Assembly (NCBI GenBank): GCA_964016885.1
Contig: OZ024740.1
Coordinates: 113,708,001 to 113,772,000 of the forward strand
Length of the DNA: 64,000 nucleotides
Origin: Eledone cirrhosa
Taxonomy: Eukaryota
Reading direction: 5' to 3'
The position numbers were made by a program, and so were the translations under genes. Below the pieces are notes generated by a model. It saw only the letters and a program-made list of their open reading frames with translations, made no database searches and was not told the origin of the DNA. Positions 26,146-38,859 of this stretch are shown one piece after another; positions within the stretch are counted from its first letter, which is position 1, and every line of letters begins with the position of its first letter.

Positions 26146-28050
26146 ATGGACGATTCAGAGTCACACCTTCCTCACTAACTAACACCTCACACCGACACCA
26201 CCATTGTAAATATTACTGCGTTTGCCAACACTAAAAATATAAGCAGTAGCAATATTTTAAATTTGTCTCATGCAGACATTCATTTCCCGTCATTACCAAT
26301 GACTGCAGGTGTTGAAGCCGCCACCCCTACCACCACCACAGCGACAACAGAAACAAAAGAAATAAATAAATTATCAGTGACATCGAAATGGATTCACCCA
26401 AAATAAACTCTTCCACACCGAACACCACTGACGCCACAACCACCACAACTGAAACTAAAATTAACAATAACAAAAGTAAAGATAACAACAACAGCAACAA
26501 CAACAATGAGAATAAGAAAACCAACCTGTCATTTGCCAGAGTAACAAAAAAGTGCGAAACAATCCAGGTAACTCAGGAGGAATTAGAAGAAGCCAAAAGA
26601 ATGGTAAAGAAAGATGGGTACAGGGTCATCCTCACCCTCCACATAATAAAATGGAGCATCGGCGCCTATGCACCGTGTCTTATCGGACGATTAACATAAA
26701 ATCGCGCCGAGTGGAACGGGCATCCGAGTCCCAAATCCAAAAAGCTTTGGGACATGTGTGGGCCAAAAAAACCCACATCAGACGTGGGCAGAAATATTGA
26801 ACCGTGGACGTGTTCTTTGGAACACCACAGGAGGCCAGAGAATACTCCATGGCCCCATTAAGAAGTGACGACTTCACACTTATCCCAAGCTATTGTGGCC
26901 AGAGACTCGTGAAGATCAGGGTGACACATGTTCCACCGGCCATCGAAATTCCATGGCTAATGGCTGCCGTTCTTGCCGGCATCGAGGCCAACACCAAGAT
27001 AATCGAAATAGCGAAAGAAAAGCAGGAGAACTGGTCCGGATCTGGGATGGAGCTCCTGATCCAAGCGGAGCAAAAGAGCATTAAGGAGATCCCAGAGGTA
27101 ATAGACCTCACTAACCACCGTAATCGTCGAGGGCAGAAGGCCTAGGTGTGTCGTTTGTGGTGAAGTAACCCACCTCAGGGCTTTCTGCCCTCAGGCTAAA
27201 AGGTTGAGGCCACCTCTCTTACCCACCCCAGTGAATCAACCATCAACATCACCAGCAGCAGAAATGGTAGCAACAACTGTAGCAGCAACAACAGAAGCAA
27301 CTGTAACAGCAACAACGCCAGAAACAGTAGCAAAACCAACACCACTACCATCTAACGCGCCAGAACTAGCACCAGCGCCTACACCACCCACCACACCACA
27401 ACCTAAACCAACGCCTGTGGAGGATTTTCCACTCTCCGACCTATCGCAACTGGAGACAGATTGTGACGACGAGGAGTAGGAAACGGTATCAGGAAAAAAG
27501 AAAAAAAAGAAAAAGAAACCAAAAAAGAAAAAAATCTCATCCTTCCCCCTCCAAAACCAAAATACAGAGGGAAACAAATAAACTATCAAACAAAATAGTT
27601 AGGACAGCTATGCCACCATCCACACCAGCATCACCAACCCCATCACCATCATTAACCCCAACACCACCATCATCAACACAACAAAAGTCACCAAAATGCG
27701 AAACAGAAACAAACCCACAACAAACGCAAACAAAACAAAACAACCAAAACGATACACACTACACAGCCATAAATTTGAACAACAACCAATTATTATACTA
27801 CATCCAACACAACACCAGCATCACAGAAAAAGACTAACAACAACCCAAAGTTCACACCACCTCCACACATACAAATCACTCGCATTACAAAGAAAACGTA
27901 CACGACACTAAAACAAAAATTACCCAAAGACATTTGAGACTTCCGACAAGCACTCTCCATGAGGATTTATAAGGAAATCCTTCCGGATGAGGCTGCAAGC
28001 AGTGAAAAGGATGGAAAAACCATCCTTCCTCTATGAGAAGTAAGGTAAGT
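26146..28050 (+). pseudogene. Tx1 ORF1 (gag-like) remnant
   Basis: SFARV motif; RRM-like segment VKIRVTHVPPAI; CX2CX4HX4C knuckle (CVVCGEVTHLRAFC) at ~27147-27188; P/T-rich tract and lysine-rich tract. Multiple stops. Confidence 0.75.
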
Positions 28051-28082
28051 GGTCTTTCTATTCTTTTCCACTCCATTTCAAC

Positions 28083-30798
28083 ATGACCTCACTCAGAATA
28101 GGCAGCATAAATGCGCGTGGTTTGGGTCGTCGGGAAGCAGGGCCACCTACTCAACGACCTCAGGTCACTAAACATAGATGTTGTGGCCATCAGCGAGACC
28201 AGAATCTCCGAAACACGGCCTTCGCACCGACCTTCGGTGGCTAGGATGTATACGCATCTCCCAGCCGTCCTGGATCGGGGTGAGAAGTTACTGTTCTTTT
28301 TCGGAGAAATTTGGATCTCGCCATACGGGCCATCTTCCTGGATCCAGAGTGTAAGTTGGTGGTGCTGGACGTGAGCAGCGGAGACGGGCAAGCTTTCAGG
28401 CTAGTGGCCCTCTATGCCCCGACAGGAGCAGGGCGACTGATTTCTTCCGGCGTCTGGAGACATTTCTTGGAACATCCCGCTCTTTAGTGTTAGTGGGCGA
28501 CTGGAACAGGATCTTAGATGCACGCTGGGACTGTGTGGGAGTAGCGGATAGAGGAGGAGGTTGCAAGAGCCTCACCAACCTGCTCAGGTGTTTTGAACTG
28601 TCTGACAGGTACCGATTGGATTTCCCGAATGTGCCAATGTGGACTTGGACAAATCGCATAGGGTCATCCAGATCATATCTAGATAGAGTAATTTGTAGGG
28701 AAATAGATAGGTCTAGCATAGGCTGTCCACAATTCAAGATAGTCAGCTACACGGACCACAAATTCGTGATCTGTGTGCTTGACTTAGATAAGCTTCATAG
28801 ACGAGGACCCGGCTACTGGAAGCTAAACGCCTCCTTAAAAGCGTGCAAGGCCTACAGAGACCGGATTAGCGAACTAGTTAAGCGGGCGATGACGGGGGCT
28901 ATCGTCAACAACAAGCGGTGGTTTGTTCTGAAAAGAGCGATTAGAATAGAGTCCATTAGGTTTAGTAAAGCTTTAGCAATAGAGAAAAATAGAGCAGAGG
29001 GAGAACTAGTAAGAAAATTAGACGTGGCGCTTAGCAAAGGCATCGCGACTGACGTACTTGCGGCGAAATTGGCCCTTGACCAATTCTTCAATGCAAAGCA
29101 CGAAGGCTGCGTTGTCAGAGCTAGGGTGCGTGCTCTCAGACACGAGAGGACGAAAGCCCTTCAATGGGCCCGAGTGGCGGAGGCGCGACGTGGCAACAAA
29201 GCCACGATCCGGTCTTTGGTGGACAACAACGGGCGCATGCTACTCGATCCCGGGAAAATGTGTGAAGCTTTTCAGCGACACTTCGGACAGCTGTTCGGGG
29301 GCAGCGGCGGGCCCTATCGAGGGATGGACTTTAGTGTCTACCTCGACGGACTGCCGCGACTCTCGGCCACTGAGACGAAGTGCTAAAAGCCGATAACAGC
29401 GCTGAAGTACGGGAGGCAAAGACTGGCTGCACAAGAGGTAAATCGCCTGATATCGATGGTCTGCCCTATGAACTTTACGTACAGATGCCAGACTTGTTCG
29501 GAGGCCTCTTGGCGGACGTTTACTGCAACTGGCAACAGAACGGGAGAATTCCCAGCTCTGTGAGCCGAGGAGCTGTGGCGCTGCTGAGAAAGGATACGAA
29601 CAAAGGGGATAACATATAATTTCAGTCCCATAACTCTGCTAAACACAGAGTTCAAGATTTTGGCTAAGCTGCTAGCAAAGAGGTTGGCGCTTGTCGTTGG
29701 TGGTCTGGTGGGAAAGGCGCAGACATGTGCCATTCCCGAGAGATCCATACACGACAACCTCCACCACTGGCGATACATCGTAGAGAGGATAGCTAGAGAA
29801 CCTGGCACGGGTGGGTCCTTGATCAATTTAGATCAGTCGAAAGCTTTCGATAGGGTCGACCATCGTTACCTAGCGGCAGTCCTGAGGGCGGCTGGCTTTG
29901 GGCCCGCCAAGGATGTCCCCTCTTGTCCCTCTTGTACGTATTGACTCTCGAGCCATTACTGCAAAAACTGGAGACGTTGAGGTGGGTCCCGCGCGAACTA
30001 GGATGCGGAAGATCCGTGTCAGCATATGCGGACGATGTCACCGTAGTGGTGTCGAACGCCAAACACATCAAGGCGATCGGCACTACTCTAAGAGAATACG
30101 AAGCGGTGACAAGAGCAATGATCAACCAGGAAAAGTCAGTGGGCCTGCTGCTCGGCACCTGGAGAAGCAGGTCCATGCCGTCCAACAGCGTCGTCCGGCG
30201 CTGGACGGACGGACCGGTTAAATTGCTACGGGTCTGGCTCGGTCCGGACCTCCAGACCTACAAAAACTGTGACGAGGTGACGAGTAGGGTGGCTTCACTC
30301 ACCCAGAAATGGGCGGACAGGAAGCTATCCCTGAAAGGTTGAGCGGAGATGGCTAACGCGTACATCGCGTCCGTCATCTACTACAGCCTGACCGTCGTAC
30401 CTTTTCCTAAGCCCCGCCTGACTGCGCTGGAGCGTTTGCTCTTTCGCTTTTTGTGGAAGGGACGCGCTCAGATGGTCAGGCGGTCCATCTGCTGTCAACA
30501 CCCGCTACATAGAGGGCTGGGGATGCCATGGATGATGATGCGCAGACATGCGCTCAGCTTACGCATCTCCAACTCTTCCTCGACGGTGATCAGGTGTGGT
30601 CGCCTTTTGCTAGACGCGTCTTTCCCCAGCTCGTCTCCTTGACGGAGCTGCAGTCCTGGGTCAAGCGAAGACCGTGAGGGTGCGTTGGAGACTGGAATGT
30701 CTTCAGGCGCTCACAGCCCGAGACAAATCGGGCAATGTGATCGGTGGAAACTCCACCTGGCGTTCTATAGAGAATTAGTGGAGGGGAAGAGCGACGAT
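28083..30798 (+). pseudogene. Tx1 ORF2 (APE + RT), disrupted
   Basis: VGDWN, YLDRV, TDHK, GPGYWKLN, KSPDIDGLPYE, DQSKAFDRVDH, AYADD, LSLKG; deletion at ~29905. Confidence 0.92.
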
Positions 30799-33700
30799 GT
30801 ACAACTCATACAATATATAAAGCAGCACACAGATATCACAGCAAAAAACTACTACACCCCACCAACTCCAAGAAATCTCCCAACAAACATAAGCATCATC
30901 GAAATATCAATAGAACAGTACAAACCTTTAAAACAAAAATTCCCCAACGCAGTTTGAGACTCCAGAGGATCGGTTACCAAGAGGATATACACTGACATCC
31001 TCTTGCAAACACCCATGACCAGCGAAGGGACGGTTCTACTGTCCCTTGACCACACGGTCAAGGTAAGTGACCCTTTCTCACTTGCTCCGTTTCTCATCCA
31101 ACATGGCCTCACTCAGAATAGGCAGTTTAAATGCACGTGGCCTGGGGTCACCTTGGAAGCAGGGTCACCTGCTCAACGACCTCAGGTCACTAAACATAGA
31201 TGTGGTGGCCATCAGTGAAACCAGAATCTCCAAAGCACAAGCGTTCGCACCGATCTTGGCGTCTACGATATATACGCATCTCCCAGCCGTCCAGGATCGG
31301 GGGGACGAATTGCCCTCCTCTTTCGGAGAGGCTTGGATCTCGCGATACGGGCCATCTTCCTATACCCAGAATATATGTCGGTGGTGCTGGACGTTATCGG
31401 CAGCGAAGGCAATGCTTTCAGGCTAGTAGCCGTCTACGCCCCAACAGGGGCAGGACGGCCAGATATCTTCAGACGTCTAGAGACCTTTCTTAGGAACGTC
31501 CCGCTCTTTAGTGTTAGTGGGCGACTGGAACGGTATCTTGGATGCACGCTGTGATGTGTGTGGGGATAGTGGATAGGCGAGGAAGGTGCAAGAGCCTCAC
31601 CAACCTGCCCAGACGTTTTGAACTCTCTGACAGGTATCAACTGGATCACCCGAATGTGCCAATGTGGATATGGACAAACCGTATCGGGTCATCCAGATCG
31701 TATCTCGATAGGGTATTCTGCAGAGAACTAGATAAGCCTAGAAATTTAAAATAGTCGACTACACAGACCACAAATTTGTGATCTGTGAGATCGACATAGA
31801 CAGACTTCATAGACAAGGGCCTTTTTACTGGAAGCTGAACGCGTCTTTCCCGGGGCGCAAAGCCTACAGAGACCGGATTAGCGTATTAGTTAAGCGGGCG
31901 TTGACGGGAGCGGTCGTCAACAACAGGAAGTGGTTCGCACTGAAAAGGGTAATTAAAGTAGAGTCGATTAGGTTTAGCAAAGGGGTAGTGATAGAAGAAA
32001 ATAGAGTAGAAGGAGAGCTAGTCAGAAAGCTAGAAGAGGCGTTTAGGACAGGCATCGCAACCGACGTGTTTGCAGCGAAGGCTGCGTTGTCAGAGCTAAA
32101 ACACGTGCTCTGAAACACGAGGGGACAAAAGCCGTCCAATGGGCCCGGGTGGCAGAGGCGTGACGTTGCAACAAAGCCACAATTCGGTCTTTGTCTGACC
32201 AAAACGGGTGCCTGATGCTCGAACCCGAGCGGATGTGTCAAGCTTTTCAGCAGCACTTTGCTGAAATGTTCGGGATCAGCGGCGGCCCGGATCGGGGCAT
32301 GGACTTCAGTGCATACTTCGACGGACTGCCTCGGCTCTCGACGACCGCAGCACAGTGTTGCGAAAAGCCAATAACAACCGGTGAAATACGGGAAGCGATA
32401 GCTAACTGCACAAGGGGCAATTCGCCAGGTTTGGATGGTCTGCCCTACGAGCTTTATGCATTTATGCCAGACTTGTTCGGTGACCTTTTGGTAGACGTCT
32501 AATGCAACTGGCAGCAGAACGGGAACATTCCCAGTTTTGTGAGCCGGGGAGCAGTGGTGCTGCTGAGAAAAGACCCGAACAAGGGGGATGTTATCGATAA
32601 TTTCAGCCCATAACTACATCATAGAGAGGGTGGTTAAGGAACCTGGCACGGGTGGGGCCCTGATCAACGTGGATCAATCCAAAGCATACGATAGGGTCGA
32701 CCATCGGTACCTTGCGGCGGTCCTAGAAGCAGCCGGTTTCAGACCCGTTTTCAGGGATTGGATCGCAGAAATGTATATCGACATCTGCTCAGTTGTGAGG
32801 GTGAACGGTCACCTGTCGCAGCCGTTCAGCATCATGCGCTCAGTCCGCCAGGGTTGTCCCCTCTCGTCCCTGTTGTACGTATTGGAACTCGAGCCGTTAC
32901 TGCACAAACTGGGGGCGATGAGGGGAGTCCTACGCGAACTAGGATGCGGGAAATCCGAGTCGGCTTACGCTGACGACGTCACCGTGGTGGTGTCGAGCAC
33001 CAGACACGTCAAGATGCTTGGCACCGCTCTCAAGGAATATGAAGCGGTGACAGGAGCAAAGATAAACGAGGAAAAGTCGGTGGGCTTGCATCGGCACCTG
33101 GAGAGGCAAGTTCATGCCGTCTGACAGCGTCGTGGGGCGTTGGACGGACGGACCGGTTAAATTGCTCGGGTTCTGGTTCGGACCGGACCTCCAGATGGAG
33201 AAAAACTGGAACGAGGTGACGAGCAGGGTGGCCTCCCTCACCCAGAAATGGGCCGAGAGGAAGCTGTCCCTGAAAGGCCGGGCAGAGATGGTGAATGCGT
33301 ACATCGTATCCGTCATCTGCTCCAGCCCAACTTTCACCAAAATGGAGCATCTCCTCTTCCGCTTTTTGTGGAAGGGACGCGCTCCCATGGTCAAACGATC
33401 CATCTGCTGTCAACACCCGTTGCGTCGAGGACTGGACATGCCATGGCTGATGATGCGCAAACATGCGCTGAGGCTGCGGCATCTCTGGTGCTTCCTTGAC
33501 GGTGAACAGGTGTGGTCGCCGTTCGCCAGGCACGTTTTCCCACAGCTCGTCTCCTTGACGGAGCTGCAGTCCTGGGTCAGAAAAAGACCGAGGGATAGCG
33601 CTTGGAAACTGGAATGTCTCCAGGCGCTCACTGCCCTCTGCTAGCTGGGCACCAGTATCGGTGGAACATCCACCTCGGCGTTCTATAGAGGACTAGTGGA

Positions 33701-34656
33701 GGGGAAGAGCGACGACATTCTCGGAGAGATCATGGGCTTCGAAGAAGATCAGCTGTTTGCTCTCTTCCGGAGAACTTTCAACCCGGGGCCTATGGATAAC
33801 TTCCAAAAATCCCTGGCCTGGCTGTGCTACCGGGGAGCGCCGCCGGTTCAAGATAAGCTCTACGGGCACGGAAGTGCCGTCAGCCGATCCTATCCGATAT
33901 GCGCGCAGAACGTCTAAACCGTCGTGCACGCACTCGTTCAGTGCCCGAGCATTGCTGACTTGTGGAGCTATGTCGAACAGTTGCTGTCGTGTGTAGGACT
34001 GATCCGGTTATCGACTGAGTGTATTTTGCAGATGGTCTCGCCCTCTTCCTTCGAGGAGGAAGGGCAGGCTGTTTTCATCTGCCTGGTGGCCATGGCGAAA
34101 GAGATTGTGTGGTGGACAATATTAAAAGGGTTAAAAACAGACACTTTCCTCTTCAGCGAATCCCTAATTAACTTTTTCAAGTTTCACTTGAAGAGGAAAA
34201 TCAGAATGGAGAGGCAAGTGCTGCCTTCTAGCAAGTTTGTTGAAAGGTGGGTGAATGTAGCGAGAATGGTCCGAGCGAAGGGGACCGATCTGAATATACG
34301 TCTGTAGTTTGAGAAATGGAATAATTGAGAGAGGGCGCTTGCCCTGGTCGTCAGGGTGGCCGTGGTCTTTTGTGTGGTTTTCGCCACGAGGAACCCTCGG
34401 AGGTTTCCCCCCTATTGGGGAATATTTCATTGTTTCAATATTCATTTTTATTGTTTATATATATATATATATATGTTTCTATGTCCTTTTTTTTTCTTTT
34501 CGTATATAAATAATTAAAATATTTACACGCGCAAAACCCACATCGTACCGTCCTGTACCGTCCTGTACCGTCCTGTGCCGTCTGTAATGTTTTTCTTGAT
34601 GTCAGCCCTTCTGGCCAATAAAGAAATCATTATTATTATTATTATTATTATTATTT
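30799..34656 (+). mobile_element. Tx1-type LINE copy 3 (5'-truncated within ORF1 end; complete 3' end)
   Basis: ORF1 tail homologous to ~27790-28050. ORF2 at 31103-34307. AATAAA at ~34617, then (TTA)n. Confidence 0.88.
31103..34307 (+). pseudogene. Tx1 ORF2 (APE + RT + C-terminal zinc-finger region), disrupted
   Basis: MASLRIGSLNARGL, YWKLN, SPGLDGLPYE, DQSKAYDRVDH, RQGCPLS, AYADD, HALVQCP. Confidence 0.92.
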
Positions 34657-35162
34657 AGCCGAGAAGGGCAGGCAATTTTTATCTGTCTGGTCGCCATGGC
34701 GAAAGAGATAGTATGATGGACACGTTTGAAAGGGCTGAAGACGAGCACTTACCTGTTCGGTGATGCCCTGATTAACTTTTTCAAATTTCATTTGAAAAGG
34801 AAAATCAGGGTGGAGAGGGGGGTGCTCTCTTCCCAGCATTTTGTTGAAAGATGGGTGAGAGAAGCAAGTATGGCCCGAGTGAATGGGCCTACTCTGAGTA
34901 TGTGTCTGTAAATTAAAGGTGGAAAACTGGGAGAGGGCACTTGCCCTGGTGGTCAGGGTCACTGTGGCCTTTAAATGGGCTTTCTCCACAAATGTCCCTC
35001 GGAAGTCTCCCTCCTATTGGGGAATTATTCATTGTTATTTTTTTGTTACATCTGTTTTTGTTTTTTACACGCAGAAATGCCCATTTGTACCGTACTGTAT
35101 TGTCCTGCACTGTCCTTAATGTCTACTTTATGTAAACCCTTGTGGTTAATAAAGAAATCATT

Positions 35163-35193
<31 letters not shown>

Positions 35194-35207
35194 TTATTAT
35201 TATTATT
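34657..35207 (+). mobile_element. Tx1-type LINE copy 4, short 3' fragment
   Basis: ORF2 C-terminus (LINFFKFHLKRKIRVER), 3' UTR, AATAAA and (TTA)n; begins directly in the tail of copy 3. Confidence 0.88.
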
Positions 35208-35566
35208 ACCATATTTTCAAGGATTTCATGCAAGTTTCTACCGAATAACTAACTACATCTCTGTTTTTTCCTAATGTTTTAACCAATTCTACTTAACTAG
35301 AGCCTTGTTGTAGAGTGATGTGTTCTACGATCTTGCCATAGAAACCACCAGGTGATTTTGTCTCAGTAATGATCGTGTACGAAATGATAAATTTGTAGAG
35401 TCGTTAGAATTCCCTATAAAATGGATTATGAATCCTCCTACGGTCTGCTTTAAATCTCACCGAGATAATCATCGTTTCAACGTCGAGAATTTGAGTAGCA
35501 TTTCGGTATTGGGGTCTCTCTATAGTTTTCTCTCTCTTTTTCTCGCTTTCTCACTCACTCACTCAC

Positions 35567-35628
<62 letters not shown>

Positions 35629-35769
35629 TCTCTCTCTCTTTATCTCTCCCTTCCCCCTCTCTCTCTCCATATATAAATAGAAATAATAATAATAATAGTA
35701 ATAATAATAAATGTGAAGACTAAATTCCGAAGAGTCACTGCTTTAACCCTTAACGGGATCTTCTGAAAC

Positions 35770-35822
35770 TAGTTTCAGAAGATCCCGTTAAGGATGAAAG
35801 CAGCGATTATTTGCTTAAACTA
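35770..35822 (+). ncRNA. Hammerhead-like motif with CAGAAGA core (U4A)
   Basis: TAGTTT-CAGAAGA-TCCcgttaaGGAt-GAAA-GCA-gcgattatt-TGC-TT-AAACTA; preceded by its own inverted copy (~35730-35769). Confidence 0.6.
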
Positions 35823-35830
35823 TATTTTAA

Positions 35831-35895
<65 letters not shown>

Positions 35896-36132
35896 AAACC
35901 ACTACTAATTTATTGGTGTGTTAGTAGGCTTCTGTCATCTTACCATCCCACTCCTACCGATTAGCCTCAGTGTCACGTGATTGATTCTTTAGAATCTGCC
36001 ATTTGACCAGTGGCAACGAGCTTTTCAGTGCATGGAATCGAGTCCCGCTAGTTGTTCCATCTACCAAATTATTATTATTTTTATATGAGTCCCCAGTTTC
36101 CGCGCATTGCCTGGAGACTTAGCTGAGAATAG

Positions 36133-36213
36133 ACTCCCTGATGACGCACTGAATTCTCGACAGTTTATTACGTAACTGTCTTTATCCCATTGCAGAAACT
36201 AATTAGTTGGAGT
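36133..36213 (+). ncRNA. Type I hammerhead motif (533-nt family)
   Basis: ACTCC-CTGATGA-cGCAcTG...CATTGCa-GAAA-CTAATTAG-TT-GGAGT. Confidence 0.78.
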
Positions 36214-36666
36214 GAAAATTTTAGTAAGTAAGCTAATTTTTTAAAATGTTCTTATTTTACGTCTTTTATATTTTGTTCTGCATCCTCATGCATTGAACCA
36301 CCTAGGTACTATGACATAACCTGTGTATTTGCTAGCATTAGCGTACATCTGTATGCATATGTTAGTAGATATACTAAATTCTCTATATTTATCTCCAAAT
36401 TACTTATTTGTCGAGCAAACCTGCCAGAACCACTACTAATTTATTGGTGTGTTTGTAGGCTTCTGTCATCTTACCATCCCACTCCTACCGACTAGCCTCA
36501 GTGTCACATGATTGATTCTTTATAATCTGCCATTTGACCAGTGGCAGCGAGCTTTTCAGTGCATGGAATCCAGTCCCCGCTAGCTGTTCCATCTACCGAA
36601 TTATTATTATTTTTATATGAGTCCCCAGTGTCCGCGCATTGCCTGGAGACATAGCTGAGAATAGAC

Positions 36667-36746
36667 CTCCCTGATGACGCAATGAATTCTCGACAGTTTA
36701 TTACGTAACTGTCTTTATCCCATTGCAGAAACTAATTAGTTGGAGT
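36667..36746 (+). ncRNA. Type I hammerhead motif (533-nt family)
   Basis: CTCC-CTGATGA-cGCAATG...CATTGCa-GAAA-CTAATTAG-TT-GGAG. Confidence 0.8.
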
Positions 36747-36794
36747 GAAAATTTTAGTAAGTAAGTTAATTTTTTAAAATTTTCTTATTTTACG

Positions 36795-36888
<94 letters not shown>

Positions 36889-37544
36889 TCTTTCTTTTTA
36901 CTATATTTCATTCTCAAGAAGAACTTAGCTATGTTGCAAATTGGAGAGGAATGGGCTTCATCTGGTATAAAAACCCAACACACGCCGTATAACAAGACTT
37001 CCCTAATAGTTAAGGAACCTTTCTTTCATTTTAGTCTTACTCCCTTAATCATATCACCCATAATTTTCTAACAATGAACTATGCCTGTCCGTTATTACAT
37101 ACTGTCAGAAATCTGCATGATCGTATACATTTTAATTTTTACGTTTGTACTTCCTATTGTTAAAATACGTTCATCCTTCGCTTGCAGTCAACTCATTGTT
37201 TCCCATTTAATTCAGTTTCCATGTAGTTGAGTGTAAAGATTTTCAACGTACGCTGAGCTGACGGAAATAAAGTGATAAGACATCATGCATCCCGCCAAGA
37301 TTATATACTCATAAATGTGCGATTAGGTGAGCCGTAACCGAGGAGGCCTTCCGTTGGAACAATGCCCTAACTCGTTATATATATAGAGAGAGCGCAGATA
37401 GTCAGTGAGAAGTTCACAGTAGTTTGTACGAAAAAACTTTGACAAAGGAATGAATAAAGAGCAGTAAAGATTATTAAAAAGTGAAAATCATATGGTGCAT
37501 GTGTTTCTTTTTATTTGCAATATTGACAAGATATTGACAAGTAT

Positions 37545-37598
<54 letters not shown>

Positions 37599-37927
37599 GG
37601 GGAGGGAACTAGTGTCAGAAGCGTTCAGGTATTTTTCCTATTATTTCAAGCATTACATTAATATATTTCTTCACAGGACTGTTTCGATTACTTTTTTTAT
37701 TTTTGTTAACTTTTTACTCACACACAAAAACACCCCCCGCGCGCGCACGCGCACATGCACATGCACACACACACATACACACACTCACATACTCTCTCCC
37801 ACATGCACACGCACAAAAACACATGAATATATATATGTATGTAAAATGTAAACAGAAATAACAACACAATCGGTACACTATATGGAAGGAATATATTATA
37901 TTAATGCTTGAAATAGCAGGAATAGGG

Positions 37928-37963
37928 TCTTAAGGTTTCGGACGCTAGTCCTTCATCAGAGGA
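37928..37963 (-). ncRNA. Minimal hammerhead motif, same family as 11518-11553
   Basis: TCCT-CTGATGA-A-GGAC-tagc-GTCC-GAAA-CC-TT-AAGA; slightly degenerate. Confidence 0.6.
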
Positions 37964-38097
37964 AATAATAAGAAATTAGAAAGGTTGAAGGAACCGGTGG
38001 AGTGGAATTGGAAAACATGTTTTTAGAAAAAATAACAGGTGCATTTATGTTGTCATCCATTGGAAAACAGTATATCGGAGAGGAATTCATATACTAA

Positions 38098-38189
38098 GCA
38101 TATCTGACGATCTTTCGATTACAGAATCAGGTTCGATGTATAATAGACCTTGCCTTGAGCTGATCGATTGTGAAACATATGTAATATGT
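38098..38189 (+). ncRNA. Type I hammerhead motif
   Basis: GCATAT-CTGACGA-tctt-TCGATTA...TGATCGA-ttgt-GAAA-CATATG-TA-ATATGT; palindromic ACATATGT. Confidence 0.72.
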
Positions 38190-38333
38190 TATTAAATATG
38201 TCATGATGCAACACTGAATCCTTGTTCGTTATCCTTATAGTATATATATATATATTTATATATATTTATATGTATATATATATATATTAAAATACAAATA
38301 TTAATAAATTAGATGTTCTTTTGATCAATTAAA

Positions 38334-38385
38334 TTTTATTATACATATTTCAGAGGTACAAGTGTACGTCCTCATCAGACAAAAT
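38334..38385 (-). ncRNA. Degenerate minimal hammerhead motif
   Basis: ATTTTGT-CTGATGA-GGAcGTAC-actt-GTACcTCT-GAAA-TATG-TA-ta-ATAAAAT; stem I is out of register by one TA unit. Confidence 0.5.
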
Positions 38386-38487
38386 ATAATGATACATGAC
38401 ATACCCTGAGATGTTGAATGGTTAAGATTTAATCAATCTACTGTAAAACTCATTCTTTTGATGTACTCATTGAATCTTGTTTAACTC

Positions 38488-38552
<65 letters not shown>

Positions 38553-38859
38553 CCAAATCTGGAAGAAAATCGAAGAGTGTTTAAAAATACATATATTATA
38601 ATCTCTAACTATAACTGCTAATACTGCTCCAGCTACTGCTGCTATTATTGCTAATTAGCTTGATATTTTTCAATTTGTTATATTTCTTTAAATTAAATTA
38701 ATATTATTTTTGTCGCTATTTCGTCGTTCAAATTTCAAAGTTTAAAGCAATCCACGCTTTTTATTCCTAACATACTCTATATTTCGATCACCAAACGTTA
38801 TATCTGTATTTATCATCTTCACTATTAGCATCGACATCAACATCTTTCATCCTCCTCCT

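Larger units (their letters stand above)
25930..30798 (+). mobile_element. Tx1-type LINE copy 2 (5' UTR, ORF1, most of ORF2; 3' end lost)
   Basis: Starts after (TTA)n; 5' UTR resembles copy 1; ORF1 has a zinc knuckle; ORF2 starts at 28083. Confidence 0.88.
35894..36800 (+). mobile_element. Retrozyme-like non-coding tandem element, 533-nt monomer, ~1.7 copies, two hammerheads
   Basis: CTGATGA at 36138 and 36671 (period 533); (TA)n on both sides. Confidence 0.8.

Noticed and set aside
36930-36975. CAGATGA-AGCCC core on the minus strand next to (TA)n
   Set aside because: No matching GAAA or stem II partner.
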